Assembly: GCA_965223545.1 (NCBI GenBank) | Contig: OZ245006.1 | Span: forward strand, 7,680,001-7,744,000 | Source: Planctomycetota bacterium | GTDB taxonomy: Bacteria; Planctomycetota; UBA1135; UBA2386 | Length of the DNA: 64,000 nucleotides | Direction of reading: 5' to 3' | Shown here: piece by piece, positions 38,536 to 47,700 of the stretch | Position numbering within the stretch: the stretch's first letter is position 1 | Layout of the letters: every line of letters starts with the position of its first letter | Notes under the pieces: generated by a model | The model's input: the letters and a program-made list of their open reading frames with translations, nothing else | Databases searched by the model: none | Told to the model about the DNA's origin: nothing | Translations under genes and position numbers: made by a program

Positions 38536-39252
38536 ATGAGCAAGTCCCCATCCTCATCCCCGTGTGATCCACAGACGCTGCGCGATGTGGTCGCCATCGA
38601 CGGTCCGTCGGGCGCCGGCAAGAGCACGGTGGCGCGGGCGTTGGCGTCCGCGCTGGGCTACGCCTACCTCGACACCGGCGCGATGTACCGGGCGGTGACG
38701 TGGGCGCTGCTCGAGCGCAACGTCGACGCCGCGGACGGCGCGGGGGTGCAAGCCGTCGTCGCCGATCTCGACCTGCGGCTCGACGCCTGCGGGGCGCTGC
38801 GCATCGGCGAGCGCGACGTGCGCTCGCACCTGCGCTCGCACGAGGTCGAGTCGCGGGTCTCGGCGGTCTCGGCGATCCCGGCGGTGCGCTCCCGCATGCG
38901 CGAGCTGCAGCGCCGCGTGGCGTTGGCCGGACCGGTGGTCGCCGAGGGACGCGACATGGGGTCGGTGGTGTTCCCCGCGGCGCGGTGGAAGCTGTATCTG
39001 GACGCCTCGGCCGACGAGCGCGCCCGCCGGCGACACCGGGACTTTCTCGCCGCCGGCCGCGACGTGTCCGAGGAGATGGTGCGCGAGGAGATGGCCGTGC
39101 GGGACTCTCTCGACAGCACGCGCCGAGACGCGCCGCTGCGGCGCGCCGACGACGCCACCTACTTCGATACCACCGGCCTGAGCATCGCGGAGGTCGTGCA
39201 AGCGTTGGTGCGCATGGTGCGCGGGCAGGGGGAGGCCGGGGCGGAGTCGTGA
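38536..39252 (+). CDS. cmk: Cytidylate kinase
   Basis: AIDGPSGAGKST, YLDTGAMYR, VAEGRDMGSVVFP. Confidence 0.95.
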   Translation: MSKSPSSSPCDPQTLRDVVAIDGPSGAGKSTVARALASALGYAYLDTGAMYRAVTWALLERNVDAADGAGVQAVVADLDLRLDACGALRIGERDVRSHLRSHEVESRVSAVSAIPAVRSRMRELQRRVALAGPVVAEGRDMGSVVFPAARWKLYLDASADERARRRHRDFLAAGRDVSEEMVREEMAVRDSLDSTRRDAPLRRADDATYFDTTGLSIAEVVQALVRMVRGQGEAGAES

Positions 39253-39938
39253 ACCGCTGGCTGCATGAGGTGAGCAAGCCGGTGACGCGCGGCATCCTGC
39301 GCGTGCTGTTTCGCTTCCGGGTGGAGTCGCCGATGCCGGCCACCGCGGGCCCGACGGTCATCGTCGCCAACCACTCGAGCTACCTGGATCCGGCCATCGT
39401 CGGCTCCACCTGCCCGCGGCAGTGCCACTTCTTCGCCCGCGAGAGCCTTCGCCGCATCCCCTTGGTAGGGCGGTGGATGGCGGCGGTCGGCACGGTCTTC
39501 GTCGACCGGGATGCGCCGGCGACGGCCGCGCTCCAGCAGCTGCTGGACGTGCTGCGTGAGGGCGGTGCGGTGATCGTCTTCCCCGAGGGCACGCGGTCGG
39601 TCGACGGGAGGGTGGCGCCGTTCAAGCGCGGCGTCCTCCTTTTGGTGAAGAAAACCGGTGCCACCGTTGTGCCGGCCGGAGTCCGCGGTAGCTTCGAGGC
39701 CTTTCCCCGGGGCCGCAGGTTCCCGAGGCTGTTCCGCCGGTGCTCCATCGCCTATGGGGCGGAGATGCGCGCCGACGAGGTCACAGCCGACGGAGGACTG
39801 GACGAGCTGCGCCGGCGGGTCGCTCTGCTGAGCGGCTACCCGCAGTCCGATGCCGTTCCGCCCGCGACTCCGACGCCCCGACCGTCCTCGACGGATCCAG
39901 GTCCGCAGCGGCGGGTCTTGGACTCGCCGGCGCGGTGA
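39249..39938 (+). CDS. plsC: 1-acyl-sn-glycerol-3-phosphate acyltransferase
   Basis: NHSSYLD, FPEGTRS, FKRG. Confidence 0.88.
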   Translation: MNRWLHEVSKPVTRGILRVLFRFRVESPMPATAGPTVIVANHSSYLDPAIVGSTCPRQCHFFARESLRRIPLVGRWMAAVGTVFVDRDAPATAALQQLLDVLREGGAVIVFPEGTRSVDGRVAPFKRGVLLLVKKTGATVVPAGVRGSFEAFPRGRRFPRLFRRCSIAYGAEMRADEVTADGGLDELRRRVALLSGYPQSDAVPPATPTPRPSSTDPGPQRRVLDSPAR

Positions 39939-39998
39939 CCCCGGGGTGGTCCCGATCACTGTCTTCCCTTCGTTCTCAGCTGGCCCCCATTCTCATTG

Positions 39999-41894
39999 AT
40001 GCACGGTAAGCAACTCGTCAAACGATTCGCCATGGACCCCGACGAGCTGGACAGGCTCACCAACGAGGCCATGGGAGTGCAGACCCTGGACGACCTCGAC
40101 GCCGCGATGGCGGACACGGTCAACGAAATCGCCCCCAACCAGATCATCAAGGGCACGGTGTTGAGCGTGCTCGAGGACGGGGTCGTCGTCGTCGACGTGC
40201 GCTACAAGGCCGAAGGTCGCATTCCGCTGGACGAGTTCGAGGATCCCTCCCAAGTGCAGCCGGGGATGGAGATCGAGACCCTGGTCGAGGAGATCGTCGA
40301 TGCCGAGGGCCACATCGCGCTGAGCAAGCGCAAGGCCGATCGCATCCGCGGCTGGGAAAACATCATCGAGACCCACAAGGAGGGCGACGTGGTCAAGGGC
40401 GTCGCCCAGCGCAAGATCAAGGGCGGCCTCTTGGTCGACATCGGCGTGCCGGTCTTCTTGCCCGCCTCGCAGGTCAACATTCGCCGCACCGGCGACATCG
40501 GCGAGTGGATCGGCAAGGAGATCGAGGCGCGGATCATCAAGATCGACGAAGAGCGCATGAACATCGTCATCTCGCGGCGCAAGCTCATCGAAGAGGAGCG
40601 CGAGAAGCAGAAGGCGAAGTTGATGGAGGAGATCGACGAGGGCCAGGTCCGGACGGGCGTGGTCAAGAACATCGCCGACTTCGGCGTGTTCGTCGACCTC
40701 GGCGGCATCGACGGTCTGCTGCACATCACCGACATGACCTGGGGGCGCATCAACCACCCCTCGGAGATGGTCGCGATCGACGACGAGGTCGAGATCAAGA
40801 TCCTCAAGGTCGACCGCGAGCGCGAGCGCATCGCGCTCGGCATGAAGCAGAAGGAGCCCAGCCCCTGGGAGAACATCGAGGGCAAGTACCCGGTCGGCGC
40901 GCGCGTCACCGGCGAGGTCGTCAACCTCATGTCGTACGGCGCCTTCGTCAAGCTGGAAGACGGCGTCGAGGGCCTGGTGCACATCTCCGAGATGTCCTGG
41001 ACCAAGCGCGTCAACCACCCCAGCGAGGTCGTCAACGTCGGCGACCACGTCGAGGTCGTGGTGCTCGAGGTCAACCAGGAGAAGCAAGAGATCAGCCTCG
41101 GCATGAAGCAGACCGAGGTGAACCCGTGGGACATGGTGTCCCAGAACTACCCGCCGGGCACGGTGATCCGGGGTCGGGTGCGCAACCTGACCAACTACGG
41201 CGCGTTCATCGAGCTGCAGGAAGGCATCGACGGCCTGCTGCACATCACGGACATGTCGTGGACCAAGAAGATCACGCACCCTTCCGAGGTGGTGAAGAAG
41301 GGCGAGGAGATCGAGTGCGTCGTGCTCTCGGTCGATCAGGAGAAGAAGCGCATCGCGCTCGGTCTCAAGCAGCTGCAGCCTGATCCGTGGGCCGGTGACA
41401 TCCCGGCGCGCTACCACATCGGCGACAGCGTCCCCGGCACCGTCACCAAGATCACCAACTTCGGCGTGTTCGTCGAGCTCGAGTCCGGGCTCGAGGGCCT
41501 GCTGCACATCTCGGAGCTGGCCGACCACAAGGTCGACAACCCCGAAGACGTGGTCAAGGTCGGCCAGAAGGTCGAGGTGCGGGTGATCAAGATCGACCCC
41601 GACGAGCGCAAGATCGGCCTGACGCTGATCCAGGCCCACTTCGAGGGCGAAGAGCTCGAGTCGGCGGCTCCGGTCGAGGAGGAGGCGTCGACCGCTGCCG
41701 CGCCGGCGCCGCTGGGCACGTTGGCGACGCAGCTCAAGGACTTGGGCCAGCGCATGAGCGAGCGCGAAGCGGCGGCGTCCGGCGATCCCGAGCCGGTCGA
41801 GGCCGCCGAGGCGGCCGCCGAGGAGGGCGCGCCGGCGCCCGAGGCCAGCGCGGAGGGCGAGAGCGCGGCCGAGCCGAAGCCGGACGAGGCCTGA
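39999..41894 (+). CDS. rpsA: 30S ribosomal protein S1
   Basis: Six S1 repeats (FGVFVDLGGIDGLLHITD etc.); downstream of cmk-plsC. Confidence 0.96.
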   Translation: MHGKQLVKRFAMDPDELDRLTNEAMGVQTLDDLDAAMADTVNEIAPNQIIKGTVLSVLEDGVVVVDVRYKAEGRIPLDEFEDPSQVQPGMEIETLVEEIVDAEGHIALSKRKADRIRGWENIIETHKEGDVVKGVAQRKIKGGLLVDIGVPVFLPASQVNIRRTGDIGEWIGKEIEARIIKIDEERMNIVISRRKLIEEEREKQKAKLMEEIDEGQVRTGVVKNIADFGVFVDLGGIDGLLHITDMTWGRINHPSEMVAIDDEVEIKILKVDRERERIALGMKQKEPSPWENIEGKYPVGARVTGEVVNLMSYGAFVKLEDGVEGLVHISEMSWTKRVNHPSEVVNVGDHVEVVVLEVNQEKQEISLGMKQTEVNPWDMVSQNYPPGTVIRGRVRNLTNYGAFIELQEGIDGLLHITDMSWTKKITHPSEVVKKGEEIECVVLSVDQEKKRIALGLKQLQPDPWAGDIPARYHIGDSVPGTVTKITNFGVFVELESGLEGLLHISELADHKVDNPEDVVKVGQKVEVRVIKIDPDERKIGLTLIQAHFEGEELESAAPVEEEASTAAAPAPLGTLATQLKDLGQRMSEREAAASGDPEPVEAAEAAAEEGAPAPEASAEGESAAEPKPDEA

Positions 41895-42991
41895 TGACGG
41901 CGCGGGCGGGGCGGCGAGCACGCGTGCGCGGCCTGCTCGCCGCGCCCGTGCTGCTGGCCGGCGGCGCCTGCGTCACCACGCCGCTGGAGTTCGAGCGGTC
42001 GACTGCGCCGCTCGACCTGACCCCCGTCGTGGTGCCGATGGCCGGTGGCGGTGGGATGGGCGCCGGTCCGGCGGTGACCCAGTACTACACCAGCGTGCTG
42101 GAGCAGATGCAGGAAGCGCTGCTCGAGCGGGACGACGCCTGGCTGCGCCAGCTGGTGCGCAGTCACCGGCGCGACGACGCGCCGGCGTGGGCGCGCGAGC
42201 GCATCGATGGCTTTCGTGCGGCGGAGCGCGGCCTGGCGTTCGAGCGGTGGCTGCGGTCGTCGGCGCGGGTCGTGCCGCTGGCCGCGCCGGGCAACCTCGG
42301 CGCCGATCTCCAGCTCGCGCTACAAATCGGCGGCCGGTGGCCGCCGCACGAATCCGTCGTGCTGGGGGCCGACGGCGCCGGCTTCCTGGTGCGGATCACC
42401 GTGCGCGACACCGACGTGCTCGGCACGGTCACGATGCGCCGCAGTAGCGCCGTCCTGCGGGTCGAGCAGGCCGTCGACCTGATGGCAGAGGAAGTCCTTT
42501 CGCTGCCCTTCGGCGTCGCCTCGCCGTCCGACACCGCCGTCTTGCGCGACGTCGCGGTGGCCGCCTACGCGCTGCCGGGCGCCGTGCTCATCGATGGCGA
42601 GCGTTGTCCGTTGGCCGGCAATGTGCCCGCCGAACAGGCCGCTGATGGCGTCGACGACGCCGCGGTGGCGATCTGGTCGCTGCGCCAAGTCCCGGCCGGC
42701 GCCGAGCCGATCCGCGCCGAGCCCCTGCGCACCCTGCGCAACACGCTCCGCCTGCGGCGGCCCGAGTACGCCCGCCAGCAGTACCTCGCCGCGCTGTGGA
42801 TGCCGGCAGCCGATCGCGAACCCGCCGCCGAGCTGCTCATCGACCGCGTTCGCCTCGGCGAGCCCGATGAGGCCCGGCTGGCCATGGCCTGCCTCGCCGT
42901 CCTCACCGGCGAGTCGATCTCGGTCGAAGAGCGCGACGCATGGCTCCAGTGGTGGCAACACCGCGCCACGGTCCAAAGTCCGCGCCGCTGA
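41894..42991 (+). CDS. Hypothetical probable lipoprotein
   Basis: LLAGGAC lipobox-like segment; start overlaps the rpsA stop. Confidence 0.65.
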   Translation: MTARAGRRARVRGLLAAPVLLAGGACVTTPLEFERSTAPLDLTPVVVPMAGGGGMGAGPAVTQYYTSVLEQMQEALLERDDAWLRQLVRSHRRDDAPAWARERIDGFRAAERGLAFERWLRSSARVVPLAAPGNLGADLQLALQIGGRWPPHESVVLGADGAGFLVRITVRDTDVLGTVTMRRSSAVLRVEQAVDLMAEEVLSLPFGVASPSDTAVLRDVAVAAYALPGAVLIDGERCPLAGNVPAEQAADGVDDAAVAIWSLRQVPAGAEPIRAEPLRTLRNTLRLRRPEYARQQYLAALWMPAADREPAAELLIDRVRLGEPDEARLAMACLAVLTGESISVEERDAWLQWWQHRATVQSPRR

Positions 42992-43094
42992 ACGTACGGA
43001 GTCAGGCTCGATTTTCTCGCTTCGCGGTGCTGCCCGGCCAACGGCCGGGCAGCACCGCGAAGCGAGAAAATCGAGCCTGACTCCGTACGTTCAG
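42988..43094. repeat. Perfect 107-bp palindrome (52-bp arms, AAC loop), REP/REPIN-like
   Basis: 42988-43039 is the exact reverse complement of 43043-43094. Confidence 0.92.
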
Positions 43095-44470
43095 TGCTTG
43101 ATCGCCTGCCAGCGTTCGGCGTAGTTGGCGCCGAAGTCCGGTGACTGCTCGAGGTCGTGGCAGGTCAGGCAGGTGTTGTGGTCGCTGCGTTCGATCAGGG
43201 TCGGGTCGCCGTCTTCGATGTGCTTGCTGCCCGGACCGTGGCACTGCTCGCAGCCCACGTCGGCAAGCCGCGGGGTTTGCTTCGGGTTGACGAAGCCCGA
43301 CTCGTAGCCGTAGCCGACGGTGTGGCAGCGCACGCAGTCGGGGTAGCGGGTCACCGGCCAGCCGTAGCGATCGCCTTGCTCGGCCTCCTCCAAGGTGCGC
43401 CAGGCGTGCGCGTGCGCGGTGGTCTTCCAGACCTCGACCGCGTCCTCGTGGCAATCGACACAGGCGTCGTTGCCGACGTAGTGGGCGCCGTTCTCGGTGG
43501 GGATCACGCCCGCCATCTGCTCGAGCACGCCGCCCTCGGCGACCATCTGCCGGTGGGCGAGTAGGGCGAGCTTGGCGTCGCGGTCCTCGAGCGCGCCCTT
43601 GGCGGTCTCGCTGCCCTGCAGCCGGATGACTCGGTAGCGGGTGACCACCGGGGCGTCGTCCTTGCGGGTCAAGGTGACGTCGAGCAGCATGCGGCCGCGG
43701 GTGCCGACGAAAACCACCGGGACCGGATTGCCGGGTTCGAGCGCGGGTGGCGGCTCGGCGATTTCGGCGCAAACGCCGACGACGAGATCGGGTGCCGGCT
43801 GCAGCGCGGCCTGGGCGCGCACGTCGGCGGGGCTGCCGTGTACCAGCAGGATCCTCAGGGCATCGCTGGGCACGCCGGCCATCGCCGCGCTCCACGCGGC
43901 GGCCGGCGGCACGAGCTCGAGGCGCGCGGCGGCCGGCTCCGGCACCGACAGTGCCAGCGCACCGACCCGCACCGACACCTCGCCGGCTTGCAGGTCGAGG
44001 TGTGTCGGCACGGCCCAGGGCGAGCCCTCGGGCGAGGCCAGGTCGGAGCAGACGAACGGAAACGCGCTGGTGTACGCCGCCAGCTCCTCGAGCGGCAAGT
44101 CCAGCTCGTTGGGGCCGACGCCGATGGCGTGGTACTCGGACTGCGGCATCGCCAGCAGGCTGAGCGCGGTCATCAGCTTCATGCTGTCGAGGGGCGTGCC
44201 GCCGGTCACCAAGTTGCCGCCCTCGAGCAGCAGGTCGAACTCCTTGTCCTGGCGCAGATGGAATACCCGTCGCGGCAGGCCGCCGAGTTGGGCGGCGGCG
44301 CAGCCGCAGGGCTCGAGCCGCCCCTGCATCGCCCCGCTCAGCCGCAGCCGCACGCGCGGCTCGGTCGCCGCTGGCGCGGCCTGCGCCTGCTCCGCCGGAG
44401 GGGTACAGGTGGGCGCGAGGGTGAGGCCGGCGACTGCGACCATGAAGGTGGACTGGGCCAGACGAGGCAT
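43091..44470 (-). CDS. Tetraheme c-type cytochrome (c554-like) with UshA-like N-terminal domain
   Basis: CVDCH, CVRCH, CEQCH, CLTCH; N-term GRLEPCGC...LGGLPRR. Confidence 0.85.
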   Translation of the reverse strand: MPRLAQSTFMVAVAGLTLAPTCTPPAEQAQAAPAATEPRVRLRLSGAMQGRLEPCGCAAAQLGGLPRRVFHLRQDKEFDLLLEGGNLVTGGTPLDSMKLMTALSLLAMPQSEYHAIGVGPNELDLPLEELAAYTSAFPFVCSDLASPEGSPWAVPTHLDLQAGEVSVRVGALALSVPEPAAARLELVPPAAAWSAAMAGVPSDALRILLVHGSPADVRAQAALQPAPDLVVGVCAEIAEPPPALEPGNPVPVVFVGTRGRMLLDVTLTRKDDAPVVTRYRVIRLQGSETAKGALEDRDAKLALLAHRQMVAEGGVLEQMAGVIPTENGAHYVGNDACVDCHEDAVEVWKTTAHAHAWRTLEEAEQGDRYGWPVTRYPDCVRCHTVGYGYESGFVNPKQTPRLADVGCEQCHGPGSKHIEDGDPTLIERSDHNTCLTCHDLEQSPDFGANYAERWQAIKH

Positions 44471-44485
44471 CGGGGCTCCGCGATT

Positions 44486-45646
44486 TCAGTGATCGGCCTT
44501 GCGAAAGCCGTAGAAGGGAATCTCGACCACGACCTTCGGTGACGCCGGCTTGCCGACCCGGACGACACCGCGGAAGCTGTCCCCGTCGAGGGTGCCGAGG
44601 TAGCGCAGGGTCAGGCGGGCCTGATGGGGCGCGCCGACCAACGGGTCCAGCCTGGCCTCGAAGTGCTCGGCCAGCGACACGCCTTTGCGGTCGATGATCC
44701 CGCGCACTTCGAAGCCGGGCTCGCGGTCGGCGTGGTCGGTGAGCAGCAGGAACTTGTCGTCGCCAGTGGGTTCGTCGAACGGGATCCTGCCGAAGCTCAG
44801 ATCGGGCCACGGCTCGACCTGGATCTCGGGAATCACCTGTCCGGAGACGGGGATGCGCAAGGTGTAGGCGGGCTCCAGCGTCGAGCTGACGGTGATCGTC
44901 GCGGTGAGCGGCCCCAGCGCGCCCGTGCCGGCGCGGGGATCGATGTGCAGGTCGAGCTTCTGCCGGCCGTTCTCGACGCCGTGCAGGGTGGCCACGACGC
45001 GGCCGTTGTCGACCAGGGCGGGGCCGAAGACCACTCCCGGCGTGTCGGCGATCAGCTCGACCGTCCGGGTCAGCGTCTTGGCCAGCGGCAGCGTGCCGAA
45101 GTCGACGTGCGCCGCGGGTTGGACCGAGACCGGAGAGTCGATCGCGAAGTGAAAGCGCACCGGCAGTGGCACGTGTGGGTGGTCTTCGTCGCCCTCCGCG
45201 CGTTGCAAGATCGCGGCGCCGTCGAGCGTGCGGCGCTCCTGGTCGACGGCCTCCTTGAGGTTGGTGTCGATGGTCAGACGGAGCAACAGCCGGTCGCCCT
45301 GCTGCAGGGTCTTGTAGGCGTGCGGCAGGTGGTCGACCTCGCGCTCGGAGCCGAGGCGGTCGATGATGACGAAGCGATGGCCCGCGCACGAGCAGCCGGA
45401 GCGAAAGCCGATCGGCGCGTAGCCGACGGCGTCGTGCGCGGCGGTGATGTCGAAGTCATGCGTCACCACGTCCCCGTGCCGCAGGCTGCCGAAGTCATGC
45501 TCCAGGACGATGTCGCCGGGATCCAGCTGCCCAGCGATGGGCGCTTCCGCCGTTCCGGTCGCCGGATCGGCGGTGGACGCGTCCGATTTGCTGCAGCCGA
45601 CTCCGGCAAGAGTGGCTGCCAGCAACGGAAGACCGGTGCGAAACAT
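44486..45646 (-). CDS. Hypothetical lipoprotein with Ig-like (DUF1573-like) repeats
   Basis: LAGVGC lipobox; HDFGSL..GCSCA, VDFGTL, LSFGRI. Confidence 0.65.
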   Translation of the reverse strand: MFRTGLPLLAATLAGVGCSKSDASTADPATGTAEAPIAGQLDPGDIVLEHDFGSLRHGDVVTHDFDITAAHDAVGYAPIGFRSGCSCAGHRFVIIDRLGSEREVDHLPHAYKTLQQGDRLLLRLTIDTNLKEAVDQERRTLDGAAILQRAEGDEDHPHVPLPVRFHFAIDSPVSVQPAAHVDFGTLPLAKTLTRTVELIADTPGVVFGPALVDNGRVVATLHGVENGRQKLDLHIDPRAGTGALGPLTATITVSSTLEPAYTLRIPVSGQVIPEIQVEPWPDLSFGRIPFDEPTGDDKFLLLTDHADREPGFEVRGIIDRKGVSLAEHFEARLDPLVGAPHQARLTLRYLGTLDGDSFRGVVRVGKPASPKVVVEIPFYGFRKADH

Positions 45647-45785
45647 CGCGCGGGCAAGGATCATGGGGGGGCGTGCCGGGGCGGTCGGTGGACGTCGGGG
45701 GCCAAGCATGCCGCAGGATAGTCGTCTCACCCCGGCCTGCAACGCGCGGGTCGCCCGACAACTCCACCGCGGTCCCGATTCGGCT

Positions 45786-45848
45786 TAAATGACCGGGGGC
45801 CGCGGCCGCGGCCCCCGTATCGTCCATTCGCAAGCAAGGAGGTGAGTC
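45786..45848 (-). ncRNA. Candidate sigma54-dependent small RNA (~60 nt)
   Basis: Starts at the predicted +1 of the sigma54 promoter; 5' CUCACCUCCUU; ends in a GC hairpin (45794-45817) plus GUCAUUU. Confidence 0.5.
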
Positions 45849-45859
45849 ATGCTCCTCGT

Positions 45860-45875
45860 AGCAATGACCTTGCCA
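45860..45875 (-). promoter_or_regulatory. sigma54 (-24/-12) promoter
   Basis: TGGCAAGGTCATTGCT, close match to TGGCAC-N5-TTGCW. Confidence 0.75.
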
Positions 45876-46052
45876 GCGCCGACAAAAAATCGCGGCCGCC
45901 GGCACTCTCCGCGCTGCCAAGGGCATCTCCCGAGCCCTCCCCCGCAACCGCAGCCGCCGCCCCGGCAGCCAAACCATGGCACGCCTGCCACGGTCGGTGG
46001 CGCCGGCACCATGGTCACCCGCAAGATGATGGTACGGAGCCTGACCTGAAAC

Positions 46053-47435
46053 TCACCCAGCCTCGACGATCGGTATGAGCTTGTACCCGAGGGATTTAGC
46101 GTTCTGTCGGAGTCCGACGATGCGTCGCTGGGTGAAGCGCTCCTCGTAGGCCTTGGCGCCTTCGTCTACGTAGTCCTGGCCGAACTTCAGCATGCGGTAG
46201 ATGAGCAGGGCCAGTTTGCGGGCGATGGCAAAGATGGCGACGTTGCCGTCCTTCGCGCGGGCGATCTTGCGGAAGTGTGCGCCGAGAGCTGTCTGAGTAC
46301 GTTGGAGGGACAGGGCGGCCATCCGGAGGACCGTGGCGATCCTGCTGACCGCGATGTTGTTGCGGTGCTTCTTGATGCGCTTTCCACCCGAGACGGCTTG
46401 ACGTGGGCACAGGCGTAGCCAGGAGACGAAGTGCTTCTCGGTCGGGAAAGCATCGAGGTCGTAGCCGACCTCGGTGAGCACGATCATGGCCGTGCTCGGG
46501 CTGATACCGTCGATTCGCGTGAGATCACACCCGACGAGCCGGCAGAGGGCATCGCGAAGCTCCCGGCCGCCCTTCGTTCGGATGCTCCTCTCCTTGCGGG
46601 GGTCTGGATGCTCGGGGACGTCGGCCGTCTTGGCTTCCTCCGGTTGCAGGTCCTCGATCATCGCCATCAATCGCTTCTCGACCGACTCGATCTCGTGGTC
46701 GGTGTGCTCGAGCATCCGCAAGCCCGAAGCGAGAGTGAAGATGTGCTCCTCGATCCAGGTCCCTTGCAAGTGATCCGCGAGCTCCTTCTCGGAGATCTTG
46801 CAGCGCGGATCACGCAGTCTGGCGAGCGCTCGAGGGTCGCGTTCACCAGCGAGAATCGCGCGGATGATCGCGAGGCCGGTCTTGCCGGTGATGTCCGTTA
46901 CCGCGCGATGGATCGCCACGTTCATCTGATCCAGTGACCGCTGCATCAACTGCGTGTGGCGCGTGCGCTGCGCGATCAAAGACGCGGCATGGCGTTGCAG
47001 GGTCCGCAACGCACAGATGTCCTTCGGAGGCCGGAACGAAGCGCGAATGAGGCCATAGGTGTGTAGCTTCTGCAGCCAACTGCAATCGCTGGCATCGGAC
47101 TTGGAGCGGCCCGGCACGTTCTTCACCTCGCGGGCATTCGCGAGGATGACCTCGAAGCCTCTCGACTCGAGTAGCTCGTAGACGGGAATCCAGTAGACAT
47201 AGGTGCTCTCCATCGCGACGGATCGCACTCCGAGCTCCTCCAGCCAGTCCGCGAGCGCCTCTAGTTGGGGCGTCGTCGTTCCGAATCGCTTGATCGGACG
47301 ACTGCCGTCGGGTGCTGCTGCGCACACCCAGTGCTCGCGGCTGCCGATGTCGATTCCGGCGGCGTTGGGCTTCACGACTGGTAATACTTCCGCTGCGGGC
47401 TTCTTGCCCTTCCTCGTTCTGCCCTTCCGAGCCAT
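46053..47435 (-). CDS. IS110 family DEDD recombinase/transposase
   Basis: GIDIGS, AMESTYVYW, KSDASD, IDGISP, PRQAVSGG, AIARKLA. Confidence 0.93.
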   Translation of the reverse strand: MARKGRTRKGKKPAAEVLPVVKPNAAGIDIGSREHWVCAAAPDGSRPIKRFGTTTPQLEALADWLEELGVRSVAMESTYVYWIPVYELLESRGFEVILANAREVKNVPGRSKSDASDCSWLQKLHTYGLIRASFRPPKDICALRTLQRHAASLIAQRTRHTQLMQRSLDQMNVAIHRAVTDITGKTGLAIIRAILAGERDPRALARLRDPRCKISEKELADHLQGTWIEEHIFTLASGLRMLEHTDHEIESVEKRLMAMIEDLQPEEAKTADVPEHPDPRKERSIRTKGGRELRDALCRLVGCDLTRIDGISPSTAMIVLTEVGYDLDAFPTEKHFVSWLRLCPRQAVSGGKRIKKHRNNIAVSRIATVLRMAALSLQRTQTALGAHFRKIARAKDGNVAIFAIARKLALLIYRMLKFGQDYVDEGAKAYEERFTQRRIVGLRQNAKSLGYKLIPIVEAG

Positions 47436-47444
47436 ACTTCATCC

Positions 47445-47640
47445 TCCTTGTTGTGGTGGGCCCGGCCCGAGGCGGCGATCAAACGAATCTGACCTGCGGG
47501 AGTGGGCACGGCGACGTGCCCCTCACCAGTGAAGGATGGCCAACTCGGACCCAGACTGGCTCTGGGGCAAACGTGCTCCAGTGGCTATTGGGGGCGTAGC
47601 TGCCGGGCCCCTCACACGTTCCCCGCCCCCTTCCTCAGCG
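47445..47640 (-). ncRNA. Candidate IS110 bridge RNA (boundaries approximate)
   Basis: Non-coding left end containing GAGCCAG (target+core) and CAGGTCAG (donor+core) plus hairpins. Confidence 0.6.
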
Positions 47641-47700
47641 GCTAGTTTCCTGCCCTGAAGGGCCGACAAAATCTGTCGGGGCAGGACTGGCTCCGTACCG

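Larger units (their letters stand above)
46041..47688 (-). mobile_element. IS110 family element (CT core at both junctions)
   Basis: CT at 46041-46042 and 47687-47688; removing the element restores the palindrome GGTACGGAGC-CT-GGCTCCGTACC. Confidence 0.8.

Noticed and set aside
45849..46049. 66-aa plus-strand ORF preceded by AAGGAGGT
   Set aside because: Low-complexity, non-coding-like product that runs into the IS110 end; the minus-strand sigma54 unit explains the motif better, though the ORF is not excluded.
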